Shown here one piece after another: positions 7,793-17,697 of a DNA stretch of 41,825 bases. The position numbers and the translations under genes are program-made. Below the pieces are notes generated by a model. It saw only the letters and a program-made list of their open reading frames with translations, searched no databases and had not been told where the DNA came from. Location: positions 1 through 41,825 of the forward strand of contig DYON01000002.1 in the NCBI GenBank assembly GCA_020720525.1. Direction: 5' to 3'. Position 1 is the first letter of the stretch. Each line of letters starts with the position of its first letter. This stretch comes from Acetofilamentum sp. Lineage in GTDB: Bacteria > Bacteroidota > Bacteroidia > Bacteroidales > DTU049.

Positions 7793-8377
7793 ATGATTCA
7801 TTATCTCAACGGAAAAATAACCGAGATTAATCCTACCTACGCCGTTGTGGAATGCAGCGGCGTAGGTTATTTTGTAAGCATTTCGCTCAACACATACGAG
7901 AAAATTCAAAAGCAAGAACAAGTAAAACTTCTCACTCATTATATTGTGCGCGAAGACGGTCATTTTCTTTTTGGATTTGCTACCGAAGACGAGCGATTTA
8001 TTTTTCGTTTGCTTCTTAGCGTTTCGGGCGTAGGTGCAAATACTGCACGAATGCTATTGTCGGCTATGACTCCTGGCGAAGTGGTCGAAGCCATTTCAAG
8101 CGGAAATACTGGGCGCCTACAACAAGTTAAAGGAATTGGGCTAAAAACTGCGGAAAGAGTTATTGTCGATTTGCGCGACAAAATAGACAAAGGCTCAGTT
8201 GTGTCGGGAAATATTTCACCAGTGCACAATACAATTAGACAAGAAACGTTATTGGCATTAACTCAACTTGGCTTTGCCCGTCAAACGGCCGAAAAAGCTA
8301 TTGAAAAGGTTATTCAGCAAGCGGGCGACATCGAAACTGTTGAAGATATGATTCGTCGGGCATTAAAATTTTTGTAG
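7793..8377 (+). CDS. ruvA: Holliday junction branch migration protein RuvA
   Basis: VVECSGVGY, VREDGHFLFGF, HhH motifs SVSGVGANTA and VKGIGLKTAERVIVDLRDK, C-terminal ALTQLGF. Confidence 0.97.
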   Translation: MIHYLNGKITEINPTYAVVECSGVGYFVSISLNTYEKIQKQEQVKLLTHYIVREDGHFLFGFATEDERFIFRLLLSVSGVGANTARMLLSAMTPGEVVEAISSGNTGRLQQVKGIGLKTAERVIVDLRDKIDKGSVVSGNISPVHNTIRQETLLALTQLGFARQTAEKAIEKVIQQAGDIETVEDMIRRALKFL

Positions 8378-8392
8378 AACTAGAAGAACAGA

Positions 8393-11300
8393 TTGGTGAA
8401 AGGATATTTTTATTTCCCGGTAGTAACAACACTTGCCATTATTGCGGCTCAGGTGATAACACCTGTATCGCACCACAAGCGAATGCGCAACATGCCTGTC
8501 AACTCTTTTGTTACTGTTCCCGTCGATACTCCTCCGCCAGGCGACTCTCTCCCCTATCCTTTCGGCGATGACCCATCGTATTCGCCCCAAGGCAACAGCA
8601 ATGCATTGTTTCTGAACGACCCCAAAAATATTTCGGACACAGTAATCTACGACCCCGAAACTGGCGAGTACATTTTTCAGCGTAAAGTTGGATTGTTCGA
8701 CTACAGACCATCTTTTAGCATGAATCGCGACGAATATTTTCAATACGACTTCGATAAGGCTGTTCGCGATTATTGGAAAGAACGCGCCGATGCCTCGGGA
8801 AGCAGAAGCAACACCAATGGGCTTCACATCAATATACCAAGGCTTGGCAACGAAGGAATTTTTGGGTCGAACACCATCGACATCCGACCATCAGGAACAG
8901 CCGAGCTTATTTTTGGAATTAATGCTAATAGGCGCGACGACCCAGCTCTCAACGTGAAACAACGCCGCACAGCCAATTTCGATTTTCAAGAAAAAATTCA
9001 GATGAATGTTCAAGCTAAAATTGGCGATAAAGTCGATTTTGGCGTCAAATACAATACAGAGTCTTCGTTCGAGTTCGAAAACAAAATGAAACTCCAATAC
9101 GAAGGCAAAGAAGATGAAATTATTAAAAGCATTGAGGCCGGCGATGTTACGTTGCCTCTCAACAGTACTCTAATAAACGGAAGTCAAAGTCTCTTTGGCA
9201 TCAAAACAAAACTCCAGTTTGGGAAAGTTACTGTCACAAGCGTTGTTTCGCAACAAAAAGGACAAACCTCTAATATTACTGTTACTGGCGGTGCTCAAAC
9301 CAGCGATTATGAGCTTTATGCCGATGCATACGAGGAGAAAAAGCACTATTTGGTTTCGCAATATTTCAAAAACAACTACAACAGTTGGCTCGAAAACATG
9401 CCTGTGATTGGTTCGCCCATCAACATTACCAAAATGGAAGTGTGGGTTACCAACATTGGCCCAGCAACTCAAGAAAACAGAAATATTGTGGCCATGATGG
9501 ATTTGGGCGAGCAGAATCCTTACAATACCAATGTTACTGGTTATCCAACATCACTTGCACAATTTCCCGATAACGAATCGAACGATCTTCTCGATATTGT
9601 TGATGTTGGAAGCATTAGAAATATCAACTCTGTAAACGCTTACCTCAACGGACTTGGGTTTGCAGGAGGTGTCGATTACGAAAAAATCGAGAATGCACGC
9701 CTTCTTACTCCAACCGAATACACCTACAACTCAAAACTCGGTTTCATTTCGCTCAATAGTACCCTCAACGACGATCAGGTACTTGCCGTAGCATTTCAAT
9801 ATACGGTGCTTGGCAACGACAGCGTGTTTCAGGTAGGTGAATTTTCGACTGGTGGCATTTCTGCGCCTAACTGTTTGATGGTAAAACTCATCAAAAGCAC
9901 AGCGCAAAATACCAAAATTCCACTTTGGGGCTTGATGATGAAAAACGTGTACGCCATAGGTGGTTATCAAGTCAATCCCGAAGACTTTCGGCTCGATGTT
10001 TTGTACAAAAGCGATGCACTTGGTGTTCCAGCTGGCTATTTGCTCGAAGGCAACCTACAAGGAATTCCGCTTATCAGAGTGCTCAATATGGACAATCTGA
10101 ATGCAAACGGCGATCCCGAACCCGATGGAGTGTTCGACTTTATCGACAATGCTGCTACCAATGGTGGAACCATTAACTCCAAAAATGGACGCATTTTCTT
10201 TCCATTTCTCGAACCTTTTGGAAATGACTTGCGAAACGAAATTGGCGATCAGACACTTGCCGATAAATATTGCTACGATTCGCTTTATACAATGACCAAA
10301 ACTGGGGCAAGGCAATATCCAAACAAAAATCGTTTCACCATTGCCGGTCGTTTTAAATCGTCGGTTGGAAACGAAATTTCGCTCAATGCCATGAACATTC
10401 CACAAGGAAGTGTAAAAGTAACCGCTGGAGGAATTTTGCTCACCGAAAACGTCGATTATACAGTCGATTATACACTTGGTCGTCTCAAAATAATCAACGA
10501 AGGAATTTTAAATTCTGGAGCTCCAATCAATATCAGTCTCGAAAGCAATTCGTTGTTTAGTATTCAAACGAAAACATTTTTAGGAACTCATATCGATTAC
10601 GAAGTCAATCGCAATTTATTGGTGGGAGCTACAATTCTCAACCTAACCGAGCGCCCGTTTACCTACAAAGTAAACATTGGAGAGGAGCCAATTTCTAATA
10701 CTATGTGGGGGCTTAATGTTTCGTATCAAACCGAATCGCGATTGCTTACCAAAGCGGTTGATGCATTGCCATTTATAGAAACTAAAGCCATTTCGAAAGT
10801 TAATATCGATGCCGAAGTAGCAAATCTAATTCCTGGCCACGCCCGAGCAATTGGGAAAACAGGAACTGCCTATATCGACGACTTCGAGGGAAGTAAATCG
10901 TCAATCGACATCAAAAATGTGGGAACTTGGTTTATTTCGTCAATTCCGCAAGGGCAAAGTGCTCTGTTTCCAGAAGCATCGAACGATACCAGCCTTGCAA
11001 GCGGATTCAACCGCGCAAAACTTGCATGGTACGTTATCGACCCATTGTTTTTTAGAAACAACAACTTGACTCCCGAACATATTAGGAACGATATGGCAAT
11101 GCGATTGAATAATTATATGCGAGAAGTTCTCGAAACAGAAGTTTTTCCCTACAAACAAAATGCTAGCAATATTGTAACTAATATTGCTGTTCTCGACCTT
11201 GCTTACTATCCTGCCGAAAAAGGTCCATACAACTACGACGTCGATCCAACCGCCATTTCAGCAGGTATCGATACAGATGGAAACCTCAACGACCCAGCTT

Positions 11301-14300
11301 CGCGTTGGGCGGGTATAATGCGAAAAGTAGAAACCCCCGATTTCGAAGAAACCAATGTGGAATACATCGAGTTTTGGGTAATGGATCCTTTTATTTACAA
11401 CCCTTCGCATTCTGGTGGTAAGCTCATTTTCGACATTGGAGATATATCAGAAGATGTTTTACGCGACCATCGCAAAAGTTACGAAAATGGTTTACCAACA
11501 TCGGCAACAATCGAAAACGTAGATACAACTCAATGGGGTCGCGTTCCTTTGCTTCAATCTTTGGTAAACTCGTTCGACAACGACCCAACTTCGAGAGAAT
11601 ACCAAGACGTTGGACTTGACGGGCTTTCCGATGCCGACGAAAGCACCTACTTTTACAATTCGTATGTAAATGCGGTAGGAACTGTTTTTGGCACTGGTTC
11701 TGGTGCTTATGCAAAAGCAGTTGAAGATCCTTCAATCGACAACTTCCATTATTTTCGTGGAACCGACTACGACCAAGACGAACTCGACATATTGGAGCGT
11801 TACAAAAAATACAATGGTGTTGATGGCAACAGCCCAACAAGCGAGCAATCAACCGAAGCATATCCAACATCTTCAACCACTTTGCCAAACGTAGAAGATA
11901 TCAACCGCGACAATACACTCAACGAATCGGAACGCTATTTTCAATACGAAATAGACCTCGATCCTGCAAACATGGTGGTTGGCGAAAACTACATTACCGA
12001 TGTATTTACTGCTTCGCCTCGCTTGGCCGACGGCACTACCGGTTCGGTAAAATGGTATCAGTTCAAAATCCCCATCAAAGATCCCGATTTTGTGGTTGGT
12101 GGAATTCAAGATTTCAAATCGATTCGCTTTATTAGGGTTTTGCTCAAAGATTTTTCGGAACCTGTGGTTTTGCGCTTCGCCACATTGGAACTTGCGCGCA
12201 GCCAATGGAGAAAATACGACAACGCATTGCTTTACCCAGGAGAATACATCCCAGCCGACGACCAGAATGGAACATCGTTCGATATTTCGGCAGTAAATGT
12301 AGAAGAAAACGGAAGTCGAACTCCTATTCCCTACGTTCTACCTCCTGGCATTGAGCGAGAAGTTGGCTATGGTTCCACAACCATGTACGAAATGAACGAG
12401 CAATCGTTGGTTTTGAAAGCCTGTGACCTTATCGATGGCGATGCTCGCGCTGTTTATAAAACATGTGATTTCGATATTCGTTTGTACAAGCGTCTTAAAA
12501 TGTTTGTTCACTCCGAACTTACACAACCCGATTTGTATTCGCTCACCGATGGCGAAGTGTCGCTCTTTGTTCGTCTTGGAACCGACTTCACCAACAATTT
12601 CTACGAATACGAAATTCCTTTGCACCCAACCCCTTTGAATGTAAGTGCGCAAGACCCCAACTTACGTCAGTTGATTTGGGCCGATTCGCTCGATTTAGAA
12701 CTCTCGAAACTAACCGACCTCAAAAAAGCACGCAATATTGCAATGCGTCTCGAAAACTCTACGGTAAATTTGATGACACCATACTATCAGTACGATGGCG
12801 AAAACAAAATGACCATCATGGGTATTCCAAACCTGAGCGATGTGCGTACCATCATGATTGGTGTGCGTAATCCAAAACGAAGTCCGCTAAACCTTTCCGA
12901 CGACGGAATGTCCAAATGTTTCGAGGTGTGGGTAAATGAATTGCGCCTCTCCGATTTCGACGAAGATGGTGGATGGGCTGCCACAACGCGAGTTACAGCC
13001 GACCTTGCCGACCTCGGAAACATTGCCTTGGTTGGTAATGTTTCTACTGCTGGATTTGGTAGCATCGAAAAGAAAGTTTCGGAACGACAAAAAGACAATA
13101 TCATGTCGTACGATTTTGCCACAAATCTTGAATTGGGTAAATTTCTTCCCGAAAAAACCAGTCTAAAAATCCCCATGCACTTCGACATCAGCGAATCGTT
13201 CAGCAATCCGCAATACAACCCACTCAACCCCGACCTTTATTTGCGCGACGACCTCGAAACCTACACCACACAGTCCGAAAAAGATTCAATCATTAATATT
13301 GTTCAAGACTACACCCGACGCAAAAGTCTCAACTTCGTAAATATTCGCAAAGAAAAATCGGCAGGAAGCACAAAATCGCATCTTTACGATATTTCCAATT
13401 TTGATTTCACTTATGCCTACAACGAGGTTTTCCAACGCAATATAGAAATTGAATACAACCTCAAGAAAAACTACCGTGGTGCTTTGGGGTACAATTTTTC
13501 AAATACTCCCAAAAATTACCAGCCTTTCAAAAAGGTAAAATTGCTCCAGAAAAAAGCATTCAAGCTTATTGGCGATTTCAACTTCTATTTGCTTCCCAAG
13601 TCGCTTTCGTTCCGAACCGACCTCGATCGTGGCTACGAAGAAAACCTGTGGCGCAACAAAACCGATGCACTGATTCTGATTGAACCTTCCTATTTGAAAA
13701 CATTCAATTGGAACCGTACCTACTCGATGAAATTTGATTTGACCAAAAGCATCAAAGTCGATTTCAACGCCATGGCAAATGCAAGAGTAGATGAACCTGC
13801 TGGAAAAATTGACAACGCCGACAGTGAATATCAGGCTAAAATGGATTCGATTTGGCAAAACATTAAAAGCATGGGGCGCATCACCAATTACAATCAATCG
13901 CTGAAAGTAAATTATGCGCTCCCAATCAACAAACTGCCAATGCTCAATTGGATAAGCTCTTCGGTGCAATATTCAGGCGATTACAAATGGATTGCTGCAC
14001 CTTTATATAAAGACTCTCTTGGCAATTATACAGAGCATCCGTATGGAAACACCATTGAGAACAACCGTTCTATTTCTATCAACACCAACGGCAACATGGT
14101 GAATTTGTACAACAAGATTCCATATCTCAAGAAATTGAATCAGAAAACGACCAAGCCAACTGCCAACAATCGCAGAACTTTACCAACCGACTCGACTGAC
14201 GCAGAAAGCAAAGACACAACAGCACTATTTAAAAAAATAGCCGACAATTTGCTGAAGTTTGTAATGATGACAAAAAACGTTTCACTGGCTTACACTATTG

Positions 14301-15613
14301 CCGAAGGCTCGTTTATTCCAGGCTATAAAGGCGGAATTGACATTCTTGGAATGTCCCTAAAAAAGCAAGCTCCTGGCTGGGGATTTGTGTTTGGCGACCA
14401 ACGAGATATTCGTCCATTTCTCGTTCAAAACGATTTATTGAGCAAAGATTCGCTGCTAAACAATGCGTTCGCAACTCGACGAAACGAAAATCTCAATGCA
14501 CGTGTATCACTCGAACCTTCAAACAACATGAAGATTGAGATTACAGCCATGCGAAACTACACAGCCAATCACAGCGAATACTTCAAATACGACGAAGCAA
14601 ACAACAACTTCCGCAGCTACTCGGCGGTCGATAATGGCAGCTTCAGTATGTCTATTATCACTTGGAAAACAGCCTTTATTACAGATTATGAAGACTATTC
14701 CAATCAGACTTTTGAGGAATTCAAAAACATTAGACCAACAATTGCAGCTCAAGTAGCACAAGGCAGCGGCAATTGGGATGGAACCTATTTTACCGACACT
14801 ATTACGGGAATGCAATATCCAACAGGCTATGGTCCCACTTCGCAAGAAGTTCTGATACCATCGTTCTTATCGGCATACACAGGAGCCAATCCAGCCAAAT
14901 ACATACGCAATACATTTCCTAAAATTCCTCTACCAAACTGGCGACTCACATACAACGGTTTAACCGAAATTTCTTGGTTCAAAAAACGCTTCAAATCGGC
15001 TACCGTTTCGCATGCTTACCGCTCTACATACAACATTGGCGGCTACACATCGAATGTTCTCTTCTCCGATGCCGATGCCGACGGATTCACTTTTGTGAAA
15101 GATGCCATGAACAACTTCTTGCCGCGCTACGAAATTGCACAAGTAAGCATCACCGAGCAATTCAGCCCGCTTATTAATATTGATCTTACTTGGAAAAACA
15201 GTTTGATTAGCAAAATTGAATACAAGAAATCGAGAAACCTCTCAATGAGTTTTGCCAACAACCAGCTCACCGAAGTTATTTCAGGCGAAATAACCCTTGG
15301 TCTTGGATACAGAATTAAAGATGTTGAATTCGAAATTTCGAACAAGCCATTCAAAAGCGATTTGAGCTTAAAAGCCGATTTCTCTATCAGAAACAACAAA
15401 ACCGTTTTGAGAAAAATTGTCGAAAATGTAGATCAAATAAGCGCTGGGCAGAAAATTATTTCGGTGAATATTTCTGCCGAATACATGCTCAGCCAGAAGT
15501 TTACGATAAGGGCTTTCTTCGACAAAGTAATCAACAACCCCTATATTTCGTCGCAATTTCTCAACAGCAACACCAATGCAGGTATAAGTCTTCGCTTTTC
15601 GTTGGCACAATAA
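8393..15613 (+). CDS. sprA: T9SS outer-membrane translocon SprA/Sov
   Basis: 2406 aa, with FDFQEKIQMNVQAKIGDK, LQYEGKEDEIIKSIEAGDV, AYIDDFEGS, VWVNELRL and a beta-barrel C-terminus. It lies in the conserved ruvA-sprA-gcvH context. The TTG start is approximate. Confidence 0.95.
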   Translation: MVKGYFYFPVVTTLAIIAAQVITPVSHHKRMRNMPVNSFVTVPVDTPPPGDSLPYPFGDDPSYSPQGNSNALFLNDPKNISDTVIYDPETGEYIFQRKVGLFDYRPSFSMNRDEYFQYDFDKAVRDYWKERADASGSRSNTNGLHINIPRLGNEGIFGSNTIDIRPSGTAELIFGINANRRDDPALNVKQRRTANFDFQEKIQMNVQAKIGDKVDFGVKYNTESSFEFENKMKLQYEGKEDEIIKSIEAGDVTLPLNSTLINGSQSLFGIKTKLQFGKVTVTSVVSQQKGQTSNITVTGGAQTSDYELYADAYEEKKHYLVSQYFKNNYNSWLENMPVIGSPINITKMEVWVTNIGPATQENRNIVAMMDLGEQNPYNTNVTGYPTSLAQFPDNESNDLLDIVDVGSIRNINSVNAYLNGLGFAGGVDYEKIENARLLTPTEYTYNSKLGFISLNSTLNDDQVLAVAFQYTVLGNDSVFQVGEFSTGGISAPNCLMVKLIKSTAQNTKIPLWGLMMKNVYAIGGYQVNPEDFRLDVLYKSDALGVPAGYLLEGNLQGIPLIRVLNMDNLNANGDPEPDGVFDFIDNAATNGGTINSKNGRIFFPFLEPFGNDLRNEIGDQTLADKYCYDSLYTMTKTGARQYPNKNRFTIAGRFKSSVGNEISLNAMNIPQGSVKVTAGGILLTENVDYTVDYTLGRLKIINEGILNSGAPINISLESNSLFSIQTKTFLGTHIDYEVNRNLLVGATILNLTERPFTYKVNIGEEPISNTMWGLNVSYQTESRLLTKAVDALPFIETKAISKVNIDAEVANLIPGHARAIGKTGTAYIDDFEGSKSSIDIKNVGTWFISSIPQGQSALFPEASNDTSLASGFNRAKLAWYVIDPLFFRNNNLTPEHIRNDMAMRLNNYMREVLETEVFPYKQNASNIVTNIAVLDLAYYPAEKGPYNYDVDPTAISAGIDTDGNLNDPASRWAGIMRKVETPDFEETNVEYIEFWVMDPFIYNPSHSGGKLIFDIGDISEDVLRDHRKSYENGLPTSATIENVDTTQWGRVPLLQSLVNSFDNDPTSREYQDVGLDGLSDADESTYFYNSYVNAVGTVFGTGSGAYAKAVEDPSIDNFHYFRGTDYDQDELDILERYKKYNGVDGNSPTSEQSTEAYPTSSTTLPNVEDINRDNTLNESERYFQYEIDLDPANMVVGENYITDVFTASPRLADGTTGSVKWYQFKIPIKDPDFVVGGIQDFKSIRFIRVLLKDFSEPVVLRFATLELARSQWRKYDNALLYPGEYIPADDQNGTSFDISAVNVEENGSRTPIPYVLPPGIEREVGYGSTTMYEMNEQSLVLKACDLIDGDARAVYKTCDFDIRLYKRLKMFVHSELTQPDLYSLTDGEVSLFVRLGTDFTNNFYEYEIPLHPTPLNVSAQDPNLRQLIWADSLDLELSKLTDLKKARNIAMRLENSTVNLMTPYYQYDGENKMTIMGIPNLSDVRTIMIGVRNPKRSPLNLSDDGMSKCFEVWVNELRLSDFDEDGGWAATTRVTADLADLGNIALVGNVSTAGFGSIEKKVSERQKDNIMSYDFATNLELGKFLPEKTSLKIPMHFDISESFSNPQYNPLNPDLYLRDDLETYTTQSEKDSIINIVQDYTRRKSLNFVNIRKEKSAGSTKSHLYDISNFDFTYAYNEVFQRNIEIEYNLKKNYRGALGYNFSNTPKNYQPFKKVKLLQKKAFKLIGDFNFYLLPKSLSFRTDLDRGYEENLWRNKTDALILIEPSYLKTFNWNRTYSMKFDLTKSIKVDFNAMANARVDEPAGKIDNADSEYQAKMDSIWQNIKSMGRITNYNQSLKVNYALPINKLPMLNWISSSVQYSGDYKWIAAPLYKDSLGNYTEHPYGNTIENNRSISINTNGNMVNLYNKIPYLKKLNQKTTKPTANNRRTLPTDSTDAESKDTTALFKKIADNLLKFVMMTKNVSLAYTIAEGSFIPGYKGGIDILGMSLKKQAPGWGFVFGDQRDIRPFLVQNDLLSKDSLLNNAFATRRNENLNARVSLEPSNNMKIEITAMRNYTANHSEYFKYDEANNNFRSYSAVDNGSFSMSIITWKTAFITDYEDYSNQTFEEFKNIRPTIAAQVAQGSGNWDGTYFTDTITGMQYPTGYGPTSQEVLIPSFLSAYTGANPAKYIRNTFPKIPLPNWRLTYNGLTEISWFKKRFKSATVSHAYRSTYNIGGYTSNVLFSDADADGFTFVKDAMNNFLPRYEIAQVSITEQFSPLINIDLTWKNSLISKIEYKKSRNLSMSFANNQLTEVISGEITLGLGYRIKDVEFEISNKPFKSDLSLKADFSIRNNKTVLRKIVENVDQISAGQKIISVNISAEYMLSQKFTIRAFFDKVINNPYISSQFLNSNTNAGISLRFSLAQ

Positions 15614-15627
15614 TTTTTACGACATGC

Positions 15628-15657
15628 TTTGTAGAATCAAAAAATAATGTAATTTTG
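15628..15657 (+). promoter_or_regulatory. Full Bacteroidota sigma-A promoter (TTTG-N18-TAATTTTG) for gcvH
   Basis: -33 TTTG at 15628-15631 and -7 TAATTTTG at 15650-15657. Confidence 0.65.
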
Positions 15658-15677
15658 GACTTCTAAAATGAACAAAA

Positions 15678-16058
15678 ATGAAAATTCCTGAAGATTTGCT
15701 CTACACCAAAGATCACGAATGGTTACGCATTGAAGGTGATACTGCATTTATTGGCGTTACCGACTTTGCTCAGTCTGAATTGGGCGATGTTGTTTTTATT
15801 GAAGTTGAAACAGTGGGTGAAGTTCTTGAGCAAGAAGAAGCTTTAGGCACCATTGAAGCAGTAAAAACTGTTAGCGATGTGTTTATGCCTGTTGCGGGCG
15901 AAGTTCTCGAGTTCAACGAATTGGTGAAAGATACTCCCGACCTCGTAAATAAAGACCCATACGGCGATGGCTGGATTGTGAAAATTAAAATTACCGAACC
16001 AGCTCAGCTGAGCGAACTGATGAATGCCGAAAATTACAAAGCTCAAACTGGGCATTAA
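15678..16058 (+). CDS. gcvH: Glycine cleavage system H protein (lipoyl carrier)
   Basis: YTKDHEW, IGVTDFAQSELGDVVFIE, lipoyl-Lys motif IEAVKTVSD, VNKDPYGDGW. Confidence 0.97.
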   Translation: MKIPEDLLYTKDHEWLRIEGDTAFIGVTDFAQSELGDVVFIEVETVGEVLEQEEALGTIEAVKTVSDVFMPVAGEVLEFNELVKDTPDLVNKDPYGDGWIVKIKITEPAQLSELMNAENYKAQTGH

Positions 16059-16188
16059 TAGTTTGTCTTTTAGCAGTTTTTTATGTGTTTTCCACCTTTA
16101 ACTTGCTGGATTACGCCTTTTTCTGATATGCGCTTTGTGAATAAACCATTTTTCCGCATCTTTGATTAAATTTTTAAACTTCAAAACC

Positions 16189-16872
16189 ATGGAAATTAAA
16201 AAAAATCCCAAATACGATTTGGAACCACGCAAAGGTCTTTTCCTTGAATTGGGCTTGGTGTTTGCCCTTGCTCTTGTTCTCACAAGTTTTGAGTGGAAAA
16301 AAACTGAAGGTGGCGAAAACGACTGGGATCAACTTCAAGTAGTTGACATTCCAGAAGAAATGGTAGAAATTACCCGTGCTGAAGAGCCAGAACCTCCAAA
16401 ACCAGAACCACAAACCACCTTACTCGACATCGTTGACGATGATGTAGATGTTCAAGACGACCTCGATATTAATGCCGAAGACGATCAAGACAGCGAAGTG
16501 GGCAATTTTGTTGCTCCCGTTCAAGACGACGACGAGCCAGTAATTGTTGAAGCCGAGATTTTTACCATTGTTGAAGAGCAACCCGAATTTCCTGGTGGCG
16601 AAGAATCGCTGATGAAATTTTTGCAGAGCAATGTTAAATACCCACAATTGGCAAAAGAAAGCAACATTCAAGGAACAGTATATGTTCAGTTTGTTGTGGA
16701 ACCAAGCGGAAGCGTTTCTACCGTAAAAGTACTTCGCGGTATTGGTGGTGGTTGCGACGAAGAAGCTGTAAGAGTTGTGAAAAACATGCCTTCTTGGAAG
16801 CCTGGCAAACAGAGAGGAAAATCTGTTCGGGTTTACTTCAATCTTCCTATCAAATTTATCCTTCAAGGATAA
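16189..16872 (+). CDS. Energy transducer TonB
   Basis: N-terminal TM helix (MEIKKNP…GLVFAL…FEW), Pro/acidic linker and TonB_C (PEFPGG, YPQLAKE, QGTVYVQFVV, WKPGKQRG). ATG 16189 chosen. Confidence 0.92.
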   Translation: MEIKKNPKYDLEPRKGLFLELGLVFALALVLTSFEWKKTEGGENDWDQLQVVDIPEEMVEITRAEEPEPPKPEPQTTLLDIVDDDVDVQDDLDINAEDDQDSEVGNFVAPVQDDDEPVIVEAEIFTIVEEQPEFPGGEESLMKFLQSNVKYPQLAKESNIQGTVYVQFVVEPSGSVSTVKVLRGIGGGCDEEAVRVVKNMPSWKPGKQRGKSVRVYFNLPIKFILQG

Positions 16873-16893
16873 AAAATTGATAACGACTTTCTG

Positions 16894-16918
16894 AAAACCG
16901 GCTTTTGCCGGTTTTTTT
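16894..16918 (+). terminator. Rho-independent terminator
   Basis: AAAACCGGC-TTTT-GCCGGTTTT followed by a T-run after the first tonB. Confidence 0.85.
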
Positions 16919-17018
16919 ATTGCCTATAACTTCCTCAAACATCACTTTCGCTTATCTGTTCTTGTGCTTAAATGTAAGTATTTATAAATTAGCTTATTAA
17001 TCTAAATACCCAACCAAC

Positions 17019-17696
17019 ATGGAAACCAAGAAAAAAAATTCAAAGAACATGGAAAAATTCAAAACGCTCTTTTTCCAAACAGGTCTTCTCGTTTCGCTAT
17101 TTGTTGTTCTTGCAGCATTCGAATGGAAAAAATACGACAACAACGATAGCAATTTGTACCAAACGACGTTTGTTCCCATCGACGACGAAATAGCACCAAT
17201 AACAAAGGAAGAACCTATCAAGACCAAAGTAATTCAAACAACAACTATTCTCGACATCAAAAATGATGATGTAGTTGTAACCGACACTTTGGTATTCGAT
17301 ACCAATCCCAGTATAAATCAGGTCGTTGTTACACACATCAATAAAGACACCACTGAGCCAGTGATTATTGATCCAGCACCAGTACTAATTGCTCCAATTA
17401 TGCCCGAATTTCCTGGTGGAACCGAAGCTCTTTACACCTTTCTGGCTGAAAACATCAAATACCCACAAGTGGCACGAGAAAGCCATATTCAAGGAATTGT
17501 TTTTGTAACCTTTGTGATTGAACAAGATGGAACAGTGTCGAATGCAACTATTCTAAGAGGCATAGGTGGTGGTTGCGACAACGAAGCAGTGCGCGTTGTT
17601 GAAAAAATGCCCAAGTGGAGCCCTGGAAAAAACAGTCTTGGCCGTCCAATTCGAGTTCAAATGAATCTTCCAGTGAAATTTGTTTTACAAAGCTAA
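17019..17696 (+). CDS. Energy transducer TonB (second paralog)
   Basis: Same architecture: TM helix with FEW, PEFPGG, YPQVARE, QGIVFVTFVIE, GIGGGCDNEA. Confidence 0.9.
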   Translation: METKKKNSKNMEKFKTLFFQTGLLVSLFVVLAAFEWKKYDNNDSNLYQTTFVPIDDEIAPITKEEPIKTKVIQTTTILDIKNDDVVVTDTLVFDTNPSINQVVVTHINKDTTEPVIIDPAPVLIAPIMPEFPGGTEALYTFLAENIKYPQVARESHIQGIVFVTFVIEQDGTVSNATILRGIGGGCDNEAVRVVEKMPKWSPGKNSLGRPIRVQMNLPVKFVLQS

Positions 17697-17697
17697 T

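Noticed and set aside
8393-15613. Many short ORFs within sprA, and the idea of a giant toxin or adhesin
   Set aside because: The long ORF carries SprA motifs in its usual ruvA-gcvH context. The nested ORFs are shadows.
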